DNA of 63,106 bases, filler included, from Octopus bimaculoides (taxonomy: Eukaryota), in NCBI RefSeq assembly GCF_001194135.2. It is 5 parts of 5 records of this genome, joined end to end, with 100 filler letters (N's around TTAATTAATTAA, not from the genome) between each part and the next. Parts side by side here need not be neighbours in the genome. Positions count along the whole stretch, not along the records: positions 1 to 25,942 come from NC_068983.1; positions 26,043 to 35,963 come from NC_068999.1; positions 36,064 to 58,234 come from NC_068981.1; 2 more parts are not named here. One strand, given 5' to 3'. A program made the position numbers and the translations under genes. Below, piece by piece: positions 24,635 through 37,173 of this stretch (its first letter is position 1; each line of letters starts with the position of its first letter). The notes below the pieces were generated by a model, which saw only the letters and a list, made by a program, of their open reading frames with translations, searched no databases and was not told the origin of the DNA.

Positions 24635-24955
24635 GAAGGCGAGTGGTGTAATGATTCGGCTTTTCGGCTCACGACTGAAAGATCGTGACCCCCATAATAT
24701 GCCACGCGTTGTGTCCTTGAGCAAGACACTTTATTTCACGTTACTCCAGTCCACTCAGCTGGCAAAAATGAGTAGTACCTGTATTTCAAGGGGCCAGCCT
24801 TGTCACACTCTGTGTCACGGTGAATCCGTGAGAACTACGTTAAAGTACGCGTGTCTGTACAATACTCAGCCACTTGCACGTTAATCCCACGAGCAGGCTT
24901 GTTCTCATGATCGGATCGACTGGAAGCCTCGTCGTCTTTAACGACAGAGTGCCAG
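24635..24955 (+). mobile_element. SINE family C2 (tRNA head + CORE-like domain + family-C 3' tail); also 48365-48600 (-) and 50655-50952 (+)
   Basis: TTGTGTCCTTGAGCAAGACACTT..CAGCTGGCAAAAATGAGT is followed by the same GCCTTGTCACAC..GAGAACTACGTTAA..GCCACTTGCACGTTAAT tail as family C. Confidence 0.85.
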
Positions 24956-25422
24956 CTATATGTGACCTTGCACACATGTATGAAAGCAGCATTAGTGTTC
25001 TTCTTATTTATTTGCTCATATTTGGTTAGTATTCTTGTAGCTGTTGTTTTTACGAGAAAAATCCGTCTTTCATTTTAAAGTTTATCTTTTAGCAAATGGA
25101 GCAGAAGATACGAATGATTTATTCCACAGCTAAGCTAAGTAGCAATATTTGTTGCAACCATTTTAACTGGCGTACATAAATGCGTATGCATGTTGTAGAG
25201 ATTTGCATACGTCTCAACGTATGTCTACATATATATATATATATGTCGGATAAACATACGTACATACTTCTATCTATTTCTATATGTATATACACACACA
25301 CATATATGCTAATATCCGTACATACATACATATATTGGTATGTTTATATATGTGTATTTGCTTACTATCGGTGCGCATATAAATCAGTGAACAAATATAT
25401 ATGTATTCACACACATATATGT

Positions 25423-25459
<37 letters not shown>

Positions 25460-25623
25460 AATATGCAGAAACACACAAGTAATGTGTATGTGCGTATGTA
25501 CGAGAATATGTATATATCTGTGTGTACGTCTATATGTGTATGTACATAGATATTTGTTTCTCTATAGTGAATTTCACACACTCACCAATATGTATCGTAT
25601 ATATACACACGCACACATGCATA

Positions 25624-25661
<38 letters not shown>

Positions 25662-25664
<3 letters not shown>

Positions 25665-25942
25665 CTTGTTTCAGTCATTTGACTGCGGCCATGCTGGAGC
25701 ACCGCCTTTAGTCGAGCAAATCGACTCCAGAGCTTATTCTTTGTAAGCCTAGCACTTATTTTATCGGTTTCTTTTATCGAACCGCAACGTTACGGTGGAC
25801 GTAAGCACACCAGCATCGGTTGTCAAGCGATGTCGGGGGAAGAAACAGACACACAAACATGTACACACACACGTATATATATATATATATATACATATAC
25901 GACAGGCTTCTTCCAGTTTCTGTCTACCAAATCCACTCACAA
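25662..25942 (-). mobile_element. SINE family A, 5' end lost in a gap
   Basis: Reverse complement of the family A 3' half with CpGs intact. Confidence 0.88.
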
Positions 25943-26042
25943 NNNNNNNNNNNNNNNNNNNNNNNNNNNNNNNNNNNNNNNNNNNNTTAATTAATTAANN
26001 NNNNNNNNNNNNNNNNNNNNNNNNNNNNNNNNNNNNNNNNNN
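25943..26042. other. Artificial 100-bp gap: 44 N + TTAATTAATTAA + 44 N
   Basis: The 12-mer (25987-25998) is palindromic and has stops in all six frames. The identical construct occurs four times. Confidence 0.97.
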
Positions 26043-26260
26043 TCTTTTTCTTTCTTCTTTTTTTGTCACTTTTGCTATGAATTAAATTAATGAATTCAAC
26101 GGGATACATTGTCTGCAAGTAGTTGGGTTCAGCATATTATCCTCCATTTTCTAATTGTTATACAAATTTGGGGTAAAACCTCCACTTTTACCCGCTCCCA
26201 TTGATTGCACTTAGTATAGCACTAGTGTAGCAATAATTGGGTACCCTCCCAGCAGTATAC

Positions 26261-26322
26261 TGGATAGATATTATCCCTTAGTGGGTTGAACCCCCAACCC
26301 CTAACTCCTAACTCTCTCACGT

Positions 26323-26325
<3 letters not shown>
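26261..26325. repeat. Short dispersed hairpin repeat abutting (TA)n (second copy at 61272-61326)
   Basis: GGATAGAT(A/T)(C/T)TATCCCTTAGTGGGTTGAACCCCCAAC..TAACTCTCTCACGTTATATA occurs at both sites. Confidence 0.8.
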
Positions 26326-26356
<31 letters not shown>

Positions 26357-27559
26357 TACATGTGTACATACATATACATACATGTATGCAATCATATATT
26401 TCGTCACAACACCTGTGTAATGAGAAATGGCTTTGAATCTTTCCATATTTAATACTGCCTACCATTACCCATCTTTACTATTGGTCATCACTCCATGTCA
26501 CTTTTCATTAAAAACTACTACTCTCACCACTTTTTTCTTTTGTTGTTCTGCACTCCTACCACCAACTACTTAGATGGTGATAAGAAAGGACATCATACCC
26601 AAAATAGAGTGTGTGAGTGAATTTTGGTTCCCAAACCAACTAGTAACATCATCAAGTATTCTACAAGACAAGCTCCCTTGATTATGTGGGGGTAGCCTCA
26701 TGTCAGGTGTTGAGAGGCTAAAGTATGATAAAAGGACATGAATTGGGGTCTTGCTGTAGAAGAGATACATGAACACCAGTATTAGAAAGTGAATGCTAGT
26801 GATGAAGTATCAGAATGTACCCATAGGGTATAAGATGGGATAAAGAGAAAAAAAGGACAAAGAATTGAGAATGGCTAGATGAGCAAGTTTGCAAGAGTGT
26901 GAAATGAGGGTACAAATGGTTAAAGATAGAGGATGAGGTGAGTGCACTGAATAGTGAACATGTGGAGGCATGATCAAAAGTGAATCTCTATTTAGGTGCA
27001 AAGGCAAATAGGAGCAGGTCAGAGAGATGATAGGTGGTAATATATAAAAGGAGGGAAGTGTAGGAGAAAAGCATAATGTAACAGTGGGGAGATGATTTTC
27101 AAGTGTGGTGGGGAGAGAAAGGAATGTACACTGACAGAGAAGGAAGTCATGTAGGGGTGGATACAGTGAGTGACAAAGGTGGAGAGGCTGCAGATTGGCA
27201 GATATGAGAGTGAGTCTACTGGAACAGAAAATGGTAATGGATGTTGTGAATGTGGGATGCGTGAGAAGGGAAGTGGTTCCAAAGAGAAGGATAACTCGTA
27301 GCACAAAAGTGTCGGATGAAATATATGCAGTTCTGTTCTCATAAATACAGTAGCTGAGAAAATAGCTAGAAGTTAGAATGGTGAAGGAGGGAAGGGTATT
27401 ACAAAGATGAGCTGTGGATAAGATTTGACAGGTACAGATTGGATGCAGGAGTATAAATATAACAGATATGCTTTCAGGATTGCATTGTTTTCTTGATAGG
27501 TAGGTCTTCTCGAACACAGTGAATCACCAATCATCTCAGGCCTTTGTTATCTCCTCTGA

Positions 27560-28400
27560 GAAACTCAACAACCTGAGGTTGGTTTTCATAACTAGGTTTC
27601 CTTCTTCCACAAGTTCCATCCACATTTAGCATGTAGCACTTTATGCAGCTATTCTCATCCCTATGCATCACATGACCATACCAGTGGAGTCCTCTCTCTT
27701 GTACATTACATCTCATGTCTCCTAAACTCGATTTGAGCTAAGCTTTGTCATAAATGCACACTGCTGATCCACATCCAACAGAATATGCTAGCTTCATTTC
27801 TTTCACATGCCCTCTGCATTCACAGCTCAAGTTTCGCTATCATATAACATTGTTATTCGAACACAAGCATTAAACAATTTGCCTTTCACTCTGAGAGGGA
27901 GGCCTTTAGGTACTAACAGAAGTGATAGCTCTGAACTTTCTTCAACAGACCTATCTTCAAGCAGCTATGCTTTCAGAACACGATGTCACTTAAGTAACAA
28001 AAGCTATGCACGACCTTTAGGGATCCTGCTGGGCATTTGAGAAAATCTATTTCCAGTGTCTTTTTAATTTTATTGTGCCTGCATATCTGCCACAAACCAA
28101 GTCTACATTTTCTCTTAATCTTCCTGTGATTCCGCAGCACCTCGTTTGTGTCCATAGTTTGCATTCAGTACACTACATATTGAACAAGGCCATTTTCTTG
28201 GTAAGAGTAGCATCCTATTTGTTCACTCACTTCCAGCCCATCAGTAGCTTGCATATTTTTGCCATCTTAGTAATATGTATGTGGAACTATGCATCACTAC
28301 TCATGTGGATTCCCAGGTCATGCACCTACCCTGACTCTGGAATTGCAATATCTCTTGGTTCTGTGTATTCTGATTGCAATTTGTTTATGGATTAGTGGCA
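27560..28400 (-). mobile_element. RTE-clade LINE, RT C-terminal fragment, decayed
   Basis: KCPAGSLKVVHSFCYLSD, LPLRVKGKLFNACVRITMLYDSETWAV and VQERGLHWYGHVMHRDENSC..VDGTCGRRKP are typical RTE motifs, with stops and frameshifts. Confidence 0.8.
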
Positions 28401-28644
28401 GAGTGCTTGAAACTTGTAAGCATTAAGCTGCATATGGTGTTCTTCAGCGTACTTGTATAGTGTGTTCAAATCTTTCTGTAGTTCTGCAGTATCTCCATGG
28501 TCATTGACTGCTTGTGGTGATACTTTTGCATCATCAGCATAGCTGGTGAGATTGACTAATTATGACTGAGGGTATGTCAGAGCCACCATAAACAATAGTG
28601 GTCCTTGTAAGTTCCTTGAGGGACTCCACTTAGCATTGATATCT

Positions 28645-28689
<45 letters not shown>

Positions 28690-29990
28690 ACCATTAGCTG
28701 CGACTGACTCCCATCTTTTAAAAAGTTATGCAGTCTCTCCCCTAGTTTTCTAATGATATCAAGGTCACTTAGTTTGTGACATATTCCATGACTGACTTTG
28801 TTGAAGGCCTTGACAAAAGTCACATCTAATTTGAATGCTTGAGCAGTTGTTTCACTACCAAGTCATAATACTGTAGTAGCTAAGGCAACTCCTTTCTGAG
28901 CAGAACCCATGCTGCATGCTAGTGAGCAAGCCATTTTCGCTTAAAAATGTAATCAGCTTCCTTCTAGCAATGTGTTTCATGGCTTACTGGCAAGTGAGGT
29001 CAGAGAGATAGGCCTGTAATCTTTAGCATCTGCTCTGCTCCCTTCTTTGTAAATAGGAGATATGATCGACATAAACTGATTGTTGTCACTTTTCTGTGAT
29101 GTGTTGCAGTGTTGAAGAACTTATCAAGATGGCTTATTTGCACATTTCCCAGTGGAGAGGTAACAACACTTTCAAATTGTTTATTAAGTATTTCATTTAT
29201 CCTCATGGAGTCTAAATTTAGTGAACATTTTCTTCAAACAATGGCCCTAACCTTGTAGTGCATGAAGATAGATTTTGAAAGTTTTTTAAAGGCCTTAGAA
29301 TTAATTTTTGTTTTCAACTACCCTGGTTTCACTTTCTTGCTTTTCTTTCTAATGGGAGAGTTTAATTTTGATCTCTAAAATCGTCTTTTTGAGGATGAAC
29401 TTTTTGATGTCATTAAGTTGTTTACTTAAGTGATTTAAGACCTTTATTCATCTCATAAGAAATGATGGTTTTGTATGTTTTAGCTTTTCTCTCAGAGAGA
29501 AATTTAATGCACATGGCTTGCATTGTTGACATAAATTCTTTTGAGTTTGCACAGAGAAACTTTTGGACCAATATTGTTTGAGGGTCACTTTTTGAAGTGA
29601 CTTCCAGTCAGCTTAGTTGAAATTCAGGTCAAATGGAGTTTGGGTGAATATACAGAAATAATTGTTGGGAAATTTTTCAGCAGGCAAAGAAGACAATTGT
29701 AGACATGTTTCTACTTCCCAAATTTTTCTTAACTCATTAAAGTGGTAGCTAACAATTCACTAAATGAACATCTTATTCTACTTTAGCTTTTAAAGCCCGT
29801 AAACAGTTATACATTTCTGTATAGTTACTTAATAATTTCAATACTACCACATCAGGATGTTAAAGTGAGGATATAGTTCTCTGACGATTTTGCAATGAAA
29901 TGGAAACATATCAGGAGTGGTCTCCCATACTAACTAATAATGAAACAATATTTGTCATTGACTAATATTTTCCAGTCATCCCATACTTTA
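28400..29990 (-). mobile_element. CR1/L2-group LINE ORF2 fragment with an internal (GA)n insertion
   Basis: TFVKAFNKVSHGI, QGPLLFMVAL, SYADDAKV and ELQKDLNTL, with NYRPISL-like remnants upstream. The outer boundary is approximate. Confidence 0.75.
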
Positions 29991-30362
29991 TATAAATTGT
30001 TTAATTGCTTAAGTCACTACATCTGCTGACATCCACTTGTGATATGATTTAGTTTAATCTACTAACCTAAGAGTTACCACATAAAATTACATGACACTAC
30101 TTCACTTAATATCTTCTACAAATAATTCCTATACTTTAAAAAAAAAATTCTGTACTTTCTTTGTTTTTCATCAAACTTTAATGCTCACTGCAGTAAATAT
30201 ATTTTCACACTAAACTATTATTTATCATGTAGACAGTGTCGTTGATTAATACTTTATACTGAGGAGTTGTTATAACAAGCAATAGTTAATGCTAATTATT
30301 GAAAATTACAGGAATATGGTTCAACTGTCATTTCTCAAATAATCATAAGTTAAAGAATTTAC

Positions 30363-30427
30363 CTTCAACATTTCGAGATTTTAGTTTTTCTTCCAGGAGT
30401 TTAACATATTTGTCTTGTTCTTTAAAT
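30363..30427 (-). CDS. WTAP: Coding exon (65 nt, phase 2 to 1), WTAP/Fl(2)d N-terminal region: (K)FKEQDKYVKLLEEKLKSRNVE
   Basis: Long polypyrimidine tract + CAG acceptor (30430-30428) and AG|GTAAAT donor. The frame is open and aligns with human WKQYEAYVQALEGK. Phases match the corresponding human exon as I recall it. Confidence 0.75.
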
Positions 30428-30559
30428 CTGGAGAGAAAAATAAAAGAAAGAAAGAAATGATATTTGCCCATGGCCAAACATGCTCTCACTGAAAATGAAT
30501 GACACTGCTTGTATGAGTGATACTACTGCACAATGTCAAGATAAGAAAATGCATGCACA

Positions 30560-30722
30560 CACACATAATGAGCTTCTTTCAGTTTCTGTCAACCAAATCC
30601 ACTCACAAGGCTTTGGTCAGTCTGGGGCTATAGTAGATGTGCCCAAGATACCACAGTGAGACTGAACCCAATACCATGTGACTAGGAAGCAAACTTCTTA
30701 CCACACTACCATGCCTGTGCCA
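30560..30722 (-). mobile_element. SINE family A 5' half, CpG-decayed
   Basis: Family A head with CG replaced by TG/CA relative to the copies at 43820 and 48733. Confidence 0.75.
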
Positions 30723-31289
30723 AAGAAAGAAACAAGCATGCGTGTGTACGTACATACATATGTAAGCTATGTATATATATGCAGTAGAGGTCTCTAATTC
30801 AGAGCCTTGTTTGTTAACCAAATTTTGTCTCATGAGTAATTGAAACATAAATAGTAGCAATTTGCTTCAAGCCACACCTAAACTCTACATAAAGGCATGG
30901 AACGATGTTTTGTTTGTTCATCCATCAATAGTAAATACATAAATATATATGTCTAAGTATACATGTGTATCTCAGTGTGCATGTGCATTTATCTTGCTTG
31001 TCAATCCTTGACGTTTAAAGTAAATAATCTGAAACATTATCTTTCTATATAAAATATGAAAATTTGCAAGCTACATGAAATCCATACACAGATGTTAACA
31101 AACCATTTGTTCATCCACGCCTAGCTGCTTATGTGTGTGTAGTCTACTCATGGTTCAAATTTCAGCTTATTTACTGAATATATTATTTTCTTCAAAGTAA
31201 CTGTTCACTATACAACTTGTTCAATCAGAGTGCTGTTTGTACATACTCCCAGCACATGCATAGTCTGTTTATGGTTTGTTGATCAAATT

Positions 31290-32540
31290 TCAGCTGAAAA
31301 GACATCAAAGCAGTAAAAATCCAGAGTGATATTCCCAAATTTAAAAAGGGTGACAAGAGAAAGTGCTCTAATAATAGAGGAACCTTCTTGCTGAACCTCT
31401 CCAGTAAAGTCAACACTAGGTGTTTGGAAAAGAGATGTAGGAAAATTGTCAAGCCCAAGCTTACTGAAGAACAGTGTGGTTTCTGTTCTGGATGCAGCAC
31501 AACCAAGCAAATATTCAACCTACAACAGATCTTCAAGAAATCATGGGATTATTGCTAATAGGTGTACATTTGCCTTGTAGACCTCAGAAAGGCATATGAC
31601 TGTATGCTGTGGGACAAAATGTGGAGTGTTTTGCAGAATTTGGGGATTAATGGGCAACTTCTGGTTCCATAGGGTCCTTTTACAAATGCTCAGGTATTTG
31701 TGTTTGGGTAATTAGTGTTATGTTGAAACCATTCAATGTGGGTGTTGAATTTCAGCAGGTATGTATTATCACCTCTCGTTTTCATAATTTTTATGAACTG
31801 GATTGAAATGCACAGCTGTTGTGGAAGTAGTATCACAATAGGAAGGGTGTAGGATTAGTCAGCTGTTACTTGCACTTGACATGGCGCTGCATGGCTCATC
31901 AGAAAGTCATCTCTAACATGTACTGAATGAATTGGCTGCCATGTACTGCAAGATAGGGATGCAAATTGGTGTTCCCAAGACTGAGGATACTTGTCCCAAT
32001 GCATTCTGCAGGTTAGTGAAACATTACTGAGACAAGTGGAGAAGTTTAAATATCTCAAGGCCATATTCTTGAGTGACAGAAGGCAGGAGGCTGAATTGGA
32101 AGTATTGGCATAGTAATGCATCAGCTCCAGCATTCAATCCTAAGAAGAGGAAAGGTTGGTGAAAAAAAGTCAAAATGGTCATGAATGTTGGGTAATGACT
32201 GAAATGAGGTTCCTCTGAAGCATCACTGGAGTAATAATACTTGATAGAGTGCATAGTTTGGAGGTCAGAGTCTCTCCAGGTTGAGCGGCTACCTCTCCAC
32301 AATGAGATCACAGCTCCAGTAGTATGGATATGTGATTAGAATGTTGCAGGAAAGAATCTCAAGCTGGATTCTTCACGCTAAGTCAAATGGCAGGGGGCCT
32401 AAAATTAGATCAAGAATGAGAAGGTTGGATAATATCTACAGTCTCAGATAATCACACTTGGGAATCCAGCCAGAAAACCTAATGATGGTTGCTTCTGATA
32501 GAACCCTCTGGGAGAAGTACCTGAAGACTCTACCTTCATA
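31290..32540 (+). mobile_element. RTE-clade LINE RT fragment, heavily decayed
   Basis: IPKFKKGDKRKCSNNRG, KLTEEQCGFCSGCSTTKQIFNLQQI and VYICLVDLRKAYD, with many stops and frameshifts. Confidence 0.8.
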
Positions 32541-32876
32541 GGAATAGTAAGCAGAAAATATGGATGAATGCAAGTTTAATTTTCTTCAGAAAAACCATTC
32601 ATTATTCAATTTGTTCATTTAGAGAACGATTCATATTATAGGTACTCCACTGTATATGTATGTATGTGTCTGAATGGATATTTGTCTATCTTGTGACAGA
32701 ACACTCCATCCTTAAAATTCTCAAGTGTAATCAGCATGTCACAGTGTGTGACAAGGCTGTACCTTTGAATTAGAGGTACAGTTCATCTGATAGGCTTCTA
32801 TGCAGTTTCTACCCACCTAATTTTGCAATCAAAGTATGGGCCAATACAGAAAAGCATAAAATGAACAAGTACTTAC

Positions 32877-32932
32877 TTTAGAAGTAAATCTTCCTTTGTT
32901 AAGTTTTCCAAGTCTTCTGTATCAATCTTGAA
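32877..32932 (-). CDS. WTAP: Coding exon (56 nt, phase 0 to 2), WTAP/Fl(2)d: FKIDTEDLENLTKEDLLL(K)
   Basis: ctctttcttgtgttaCAG acceptor and GTAAGT donor (32876-32871). Splices in frame to 30363-30427. Aligns with human VRLSETDFKVMARDELILR and has the same 56-nt length as I recall for the human exon. Confidence 0.78.
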
Positions 32933-33344
32933 CTGTAACACAAGAAAGAGATATGATGAAAATTCTGAGAGAACTGTGCATTCTTATAACTTCAATCTTC
33001 ATATCTAAACCATATGTCAGAGTATTCCCCCCTGCCTCTCTCTTTTCCTATGCTACAGATTCTTCAATTTCAGTCCAACAGACATACACTACTTCCTCAC
33101 TTTGCCTCATCTACTGCTACTACTGCAGCTTCTGCTCCATGACATTAGCTGGTCTTGCGCCACCTTCAAACATCTCTCCTTCTCTAGTCACCTATATTAT
33201 GCCCACTTTAACCCCAGGCCTCACACTAACCACTACATTCAATCTTCTCTCCTCTACCTACCAAAACATCACACTTTTGTTATCCCTTCTCTACTCATGT
33301 TTCCCTTACCTTCAACTAGCAGCTGTTCAAGAACAATACCATAC

Positions 33345-33740
33345 ATAGCTGTGTGGTTAAAAAGCTAGCTTCCCAACCATATGTTTCCTGGTTCAGCACC
33401 ACTGAGTGATACCATAGGCTAGTGTTTTATATTGTGGTTCCAGGCTAGTAAAAATCTTGTGAGTGGATTTGGTAGATGGAAACTGAAAGAAGCCCTCATA
33501 TGTCAGTATATATGTATGAGTTATATGATAGTTATAAACAAGTGTCACCATCATACAGTGGTGTCCTTTGTCTCCAAATTTCTGTGAAAACATCTTTGGG
33601 TATGAGGAAATATTAGCCTGCTTGGAAAGAGGTAAAGGTTGATGATAGGAGGGGCATCTGGCCATAGAAAATCCATTTTAATAAACTCCATCTGACCCAT
33701 GCAAATATGGAAAAGTGGACATTAAAATTCTGATAATGAT
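33345..33740 (+). mobile_element. Decayed SINE (family A head + family F-type tail)
   Basis: GCTGTGTGGTTAAAAAGCTAGCTTCCCAACCA..TGTGAGTGGATTTGGTAGATGGAAACTG, later GGTTGATGATAGGAGGGGCATCTGGCC. Confidence 0.65.
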
Positions 33741-35624
33741 GTTGATCTCATCTGCATTGGAGAATCTGAGATGCTATAGTTACAGTCTTGACTTATGCTA
33801 CGCATGCACACACACACACCAACATCATTGTTTTTAACATTCATTTTTCCATACATACATAGGTCAAGGAATTTGTTGAGGTAAATTTTCTGTGGCTGGA
33901 TGCCATTCTTGTAGGTAATATTTCCCTTTATCTGGATATGTTTTCATGGAAAACTAGAAACAATGATTCTTTTTGTATGACGTTGGCACTTGCTTGCAAC
34001 TATCAGTTGATGTCAAGACAAGGACGCATATGTACATGCAAACACACACACCCAGCAGGCTTTTTTCAATTCCTAGCTAAGTAGAAGATATTTGCTCAAG
34101 GTACCATGCAGTGAGAGTGAACCTGAAACCAAGTGGTTGGGAGGTAAACTTTTAACCACACAACTATGCCTGTGCCTATGCACCTATATTTATATAACCT
34201 ATGGATGAAACAAAATATATGTCAGACTGACAGTTATGGAACTAACTAATGAACCAATGAAAAGATAACTTTGCAAATGAACAGTTCTATGATGTTGTAA
34301 TTATTTAGTTTGCTAACTGCAGCAATGGCATTACTAGAGTTAATGGTGAATATGAGTTATGCAAAATGAAAAAAATTGGAAGGAACACAAAATGTATGAC
34401 AGACATTCAAGAAAGAAGTACAGGACAGTGTTCAATATGGTATCTGGATGAAGGATGTAAGATAGGAGACTGTTGCTCTATGAAGAACGGTATTGAGATA
34501 ACAAGTTATGAAGAATAGAGACTACCCTACCATGTTGCTGCTGCTGATCCCAATCATCATCAGCAGCAGCAGAACAACAACAACAGCAGCCACCGCCATC
34601 ACTGAATCAATTTTTGTTTCTTAGTTGATAAAATCAAATGATAAATATTCCAATATGTCACAAAGCTATTTCAAATATTATACACTGGTTTATTGAGATT
34701 AGTGTCCTCATTTTAATTGTTACAATCACAATGTTTTGGCTTTTGTAACTTGCAGCCTTCTTCAGGTATCTGTCACAATCTGTAATATTCTTAGAATTTT
34801 CAAATGAATCCTTCATTCAATCCACAGTGGTAGGCTATATTCATTCCTTAAAGAAAAAATATTAAGTCCCAGACCACAAAAAAAAAATATTTGCTACTCC
34901 TAATTTCAGTCATTTTTATTATTGTTCAGGACAGAAGCATAGTGAATAGAAGTGTAGATTAAATGGTAAATGCTGCTGTTTACCTAGCATGCATAAGTTC
35001 ACTCCTTGGGTTGCTGAACCTATACTTTTGGTCAAATAAGAAAAACATATCCTGAACATGAAAAATGGAATAAGAACAATCATGGATTGAATCAAGAGTT
35101 CAGTTTGGAACATGACCAAATACAACAATCACTTCAAGAAGGTCAGAGAATATGAAAACTGAAATAATGACTAATTTCTCATCGTAGAAATTCACTCAAA
35201 AAGGTTTCTTTCACCCAAACAGAAAAATAGGAATACATAGTATTAGTTTAGTTATTTACTTTTATTATGATCTAATCATAAATTTTATAGTGATTCTCTC
35301 TTATAATTCGGACAATGAAACTTTAGACATTGTAATACTTTATTTGAACATATTAGAATTTCTTCTTCAGTTCCAACAGACAGAAAAGAAATTACCAGAA
35401 TGCTGTAGTATCTGGAAATGTTTCCTCACAGGAATATGAAGTTAGTGCAAAACTATTTAACCAAATATTTCACCTGATAGTATATTATATATTGAGACAT
35501 GTTAATAAAATACATTTATTGTATAATCTGATTATTTTACTACTAAGTTTGGAAAATAACTTTATTCTTGAATGAAAACATTGTTTTACAACACTTTCCA
35601 CAAGTGAAAAGTATTAAGGGTTAA

Positions 35625-35720
35625 CCCTTTAGCGCTCAGATTATTCTGTCAAATGTATTGCTTATTTATTCACATTGCTTTGAATTAATTGTGAATTATC
35701 AGTTTGGGGATTTCAATGAT
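35625..35720 (+). mobile_element. piggyBac-like MITE 5' fragment
   Basis: Starts TTAA|CCCTTTAGC. It is preceded by ..AAGGG|TTAA, suggesting the end of a second element at the same TTAA. Confidence 0.45.
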
Positions 35721-35721
35721 A

Positions 35722-35963
35722 TCATCATCGTTTAACGTCCGCTTTCCATGCTAGCATGGGTTGGACGACTTGACTGAGGACTGGTGAAACCGGATGGCAA
35801 CACCAGGCTCCAATCTAAATTTGGCACAGTTTCTACAGCTGGATGCCCTTCCTAACGCCAACCACTCAGAGAGTGTAGTAGGTGCTTTTACGTGTCACCT
35901 GCACGAAGGCCAGTCAGGCGATACTGGCAACGGCCACGCTCGAAATGGTGTCTTTTATGTGCC
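35722..35963 (-). mobile_element. SINE family F (GGTTGGCGTTAGGAAGGGCATCCAGCTGTAGAAAC domain, (GAT)n tail), cut by a gap; also 57009-57205
   Basis: Near-identical to 60822-60990. Confidence 0.85.
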
Positions 35964-36063
35964 NNNNNNNNNNNNNNNNNNNNNNNNNNNNNNNNNNNNN
36001 NNNNNNNTTAATTAATTAANNNNNNNNNNNNNNNNNNNNNNNNNNNNNNNNNNNNNNNNNNNN
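35964..36063. other. Artificial 44N-TTAATTAATTAA-44N linker gap
   Basis: 12-mer at 36008-36019. Confidence 0.97.
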
Positions 36064-37173
36064 TATAGTTCATATCCAGATAAATGAAGAAAGAAAATGG
36101 AGAATTGAAAATTAGATTAACAAATTCGTAATCTTTACTTCTTACAGCCGTTTCCATAAGTACTCAATAATTAAATTACAAATTTGTGCATTAAATTTGC
36201 ATTAATATGTTGTGAGCATAATTTCATCGGAGAAAAAGATATACTTTAAGATGTTACATTCCGACCTATCAATTTATACCGGCAGACAAAGTATGACGCT
36301 TTATTATTTTGATATTATTGTGCGCGGGTGAAAGGTTAACGGATTGATTCGAATATAATGATGAATAAAGTAAAATAAAGAACAATAGAAAACTGAATAA
36401 AATTAGAATAGAAATAAATAAATAAAATTAAAATAAATAAGATAAATGTATAGTGAGTAAAAGGAATAAAAATATTCATTTATAAGATATAAATAAATTG
36501 TATAAAATATATATGTATATATATTTTTTATACCCATCACACTTATGAATAAAATTTATATAGATTCGTTTTAGCCAATTAATGCTGACTAGTTGAGGAA
36601 ATTTCGAATTACTCTGTACACGCAGTAGAGTGTCTGGAATGAAATATATCTACTCTTAGCGGTTTTATGAAAAGATGGGAGTGTGTGGATTTTTATCATC
36701 GGGCCAACATTAACCATAGGATGTTTATACATACACAACAATATAATTACACTTATACACATATATTTGTTTATGCACATACGTATAATATACATACATA
36801 TATATATATACGTACATACATACACACACACACATATATGTATGTATGTATATATNNNNNNNNNNNNNNNNNNNNNNNNNNNNNNNNNNNNNNNNNNNNN
36901 NNNNNNNNNNNNNNNNNNNNNNNNNNNNNNNNNNNNNNNNNNNNNNNNNNNNNNNNNNNNNNNNNNNNNNNNNNNNNNNNNNNNNNNNNNNNNNNNNNNN
37001 NNNNNNNNNNNNNNNNNNNNNNNNNNNNNNNNNNNNNNNNNNNNNNNNNNNNNNNNNNNNNNNNNNNNNNNNNNNNNNNNNNNNNNNNNNNNNNNNNNNN
37101 NNNNNNNNNNNNNNNNNNNNNNNNNNNNNNNNNNNNNNNNNNNNNNNNNNNNNNNNNNNNNNNNNNNNNNNNN

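Noticed and set aside
26810-27517. 235-aa minus-strand ORF
   Set aside because: Biased L/S/T/H composition from the antisense of a purine-rich decayed repeat. Such pyrimidine-rich strands are stop-poor, and no domain motif is present.
36140-36157. ATGGAAACGGCT|GTAAGA as WTAP start exon (META, phase 0)
   Set aside because: The phase fits, but the Kozak context is weak, the expected P-K-K motif is missing, the same bases read as a plus-strand acceptor and it lies beyond an artificial join.
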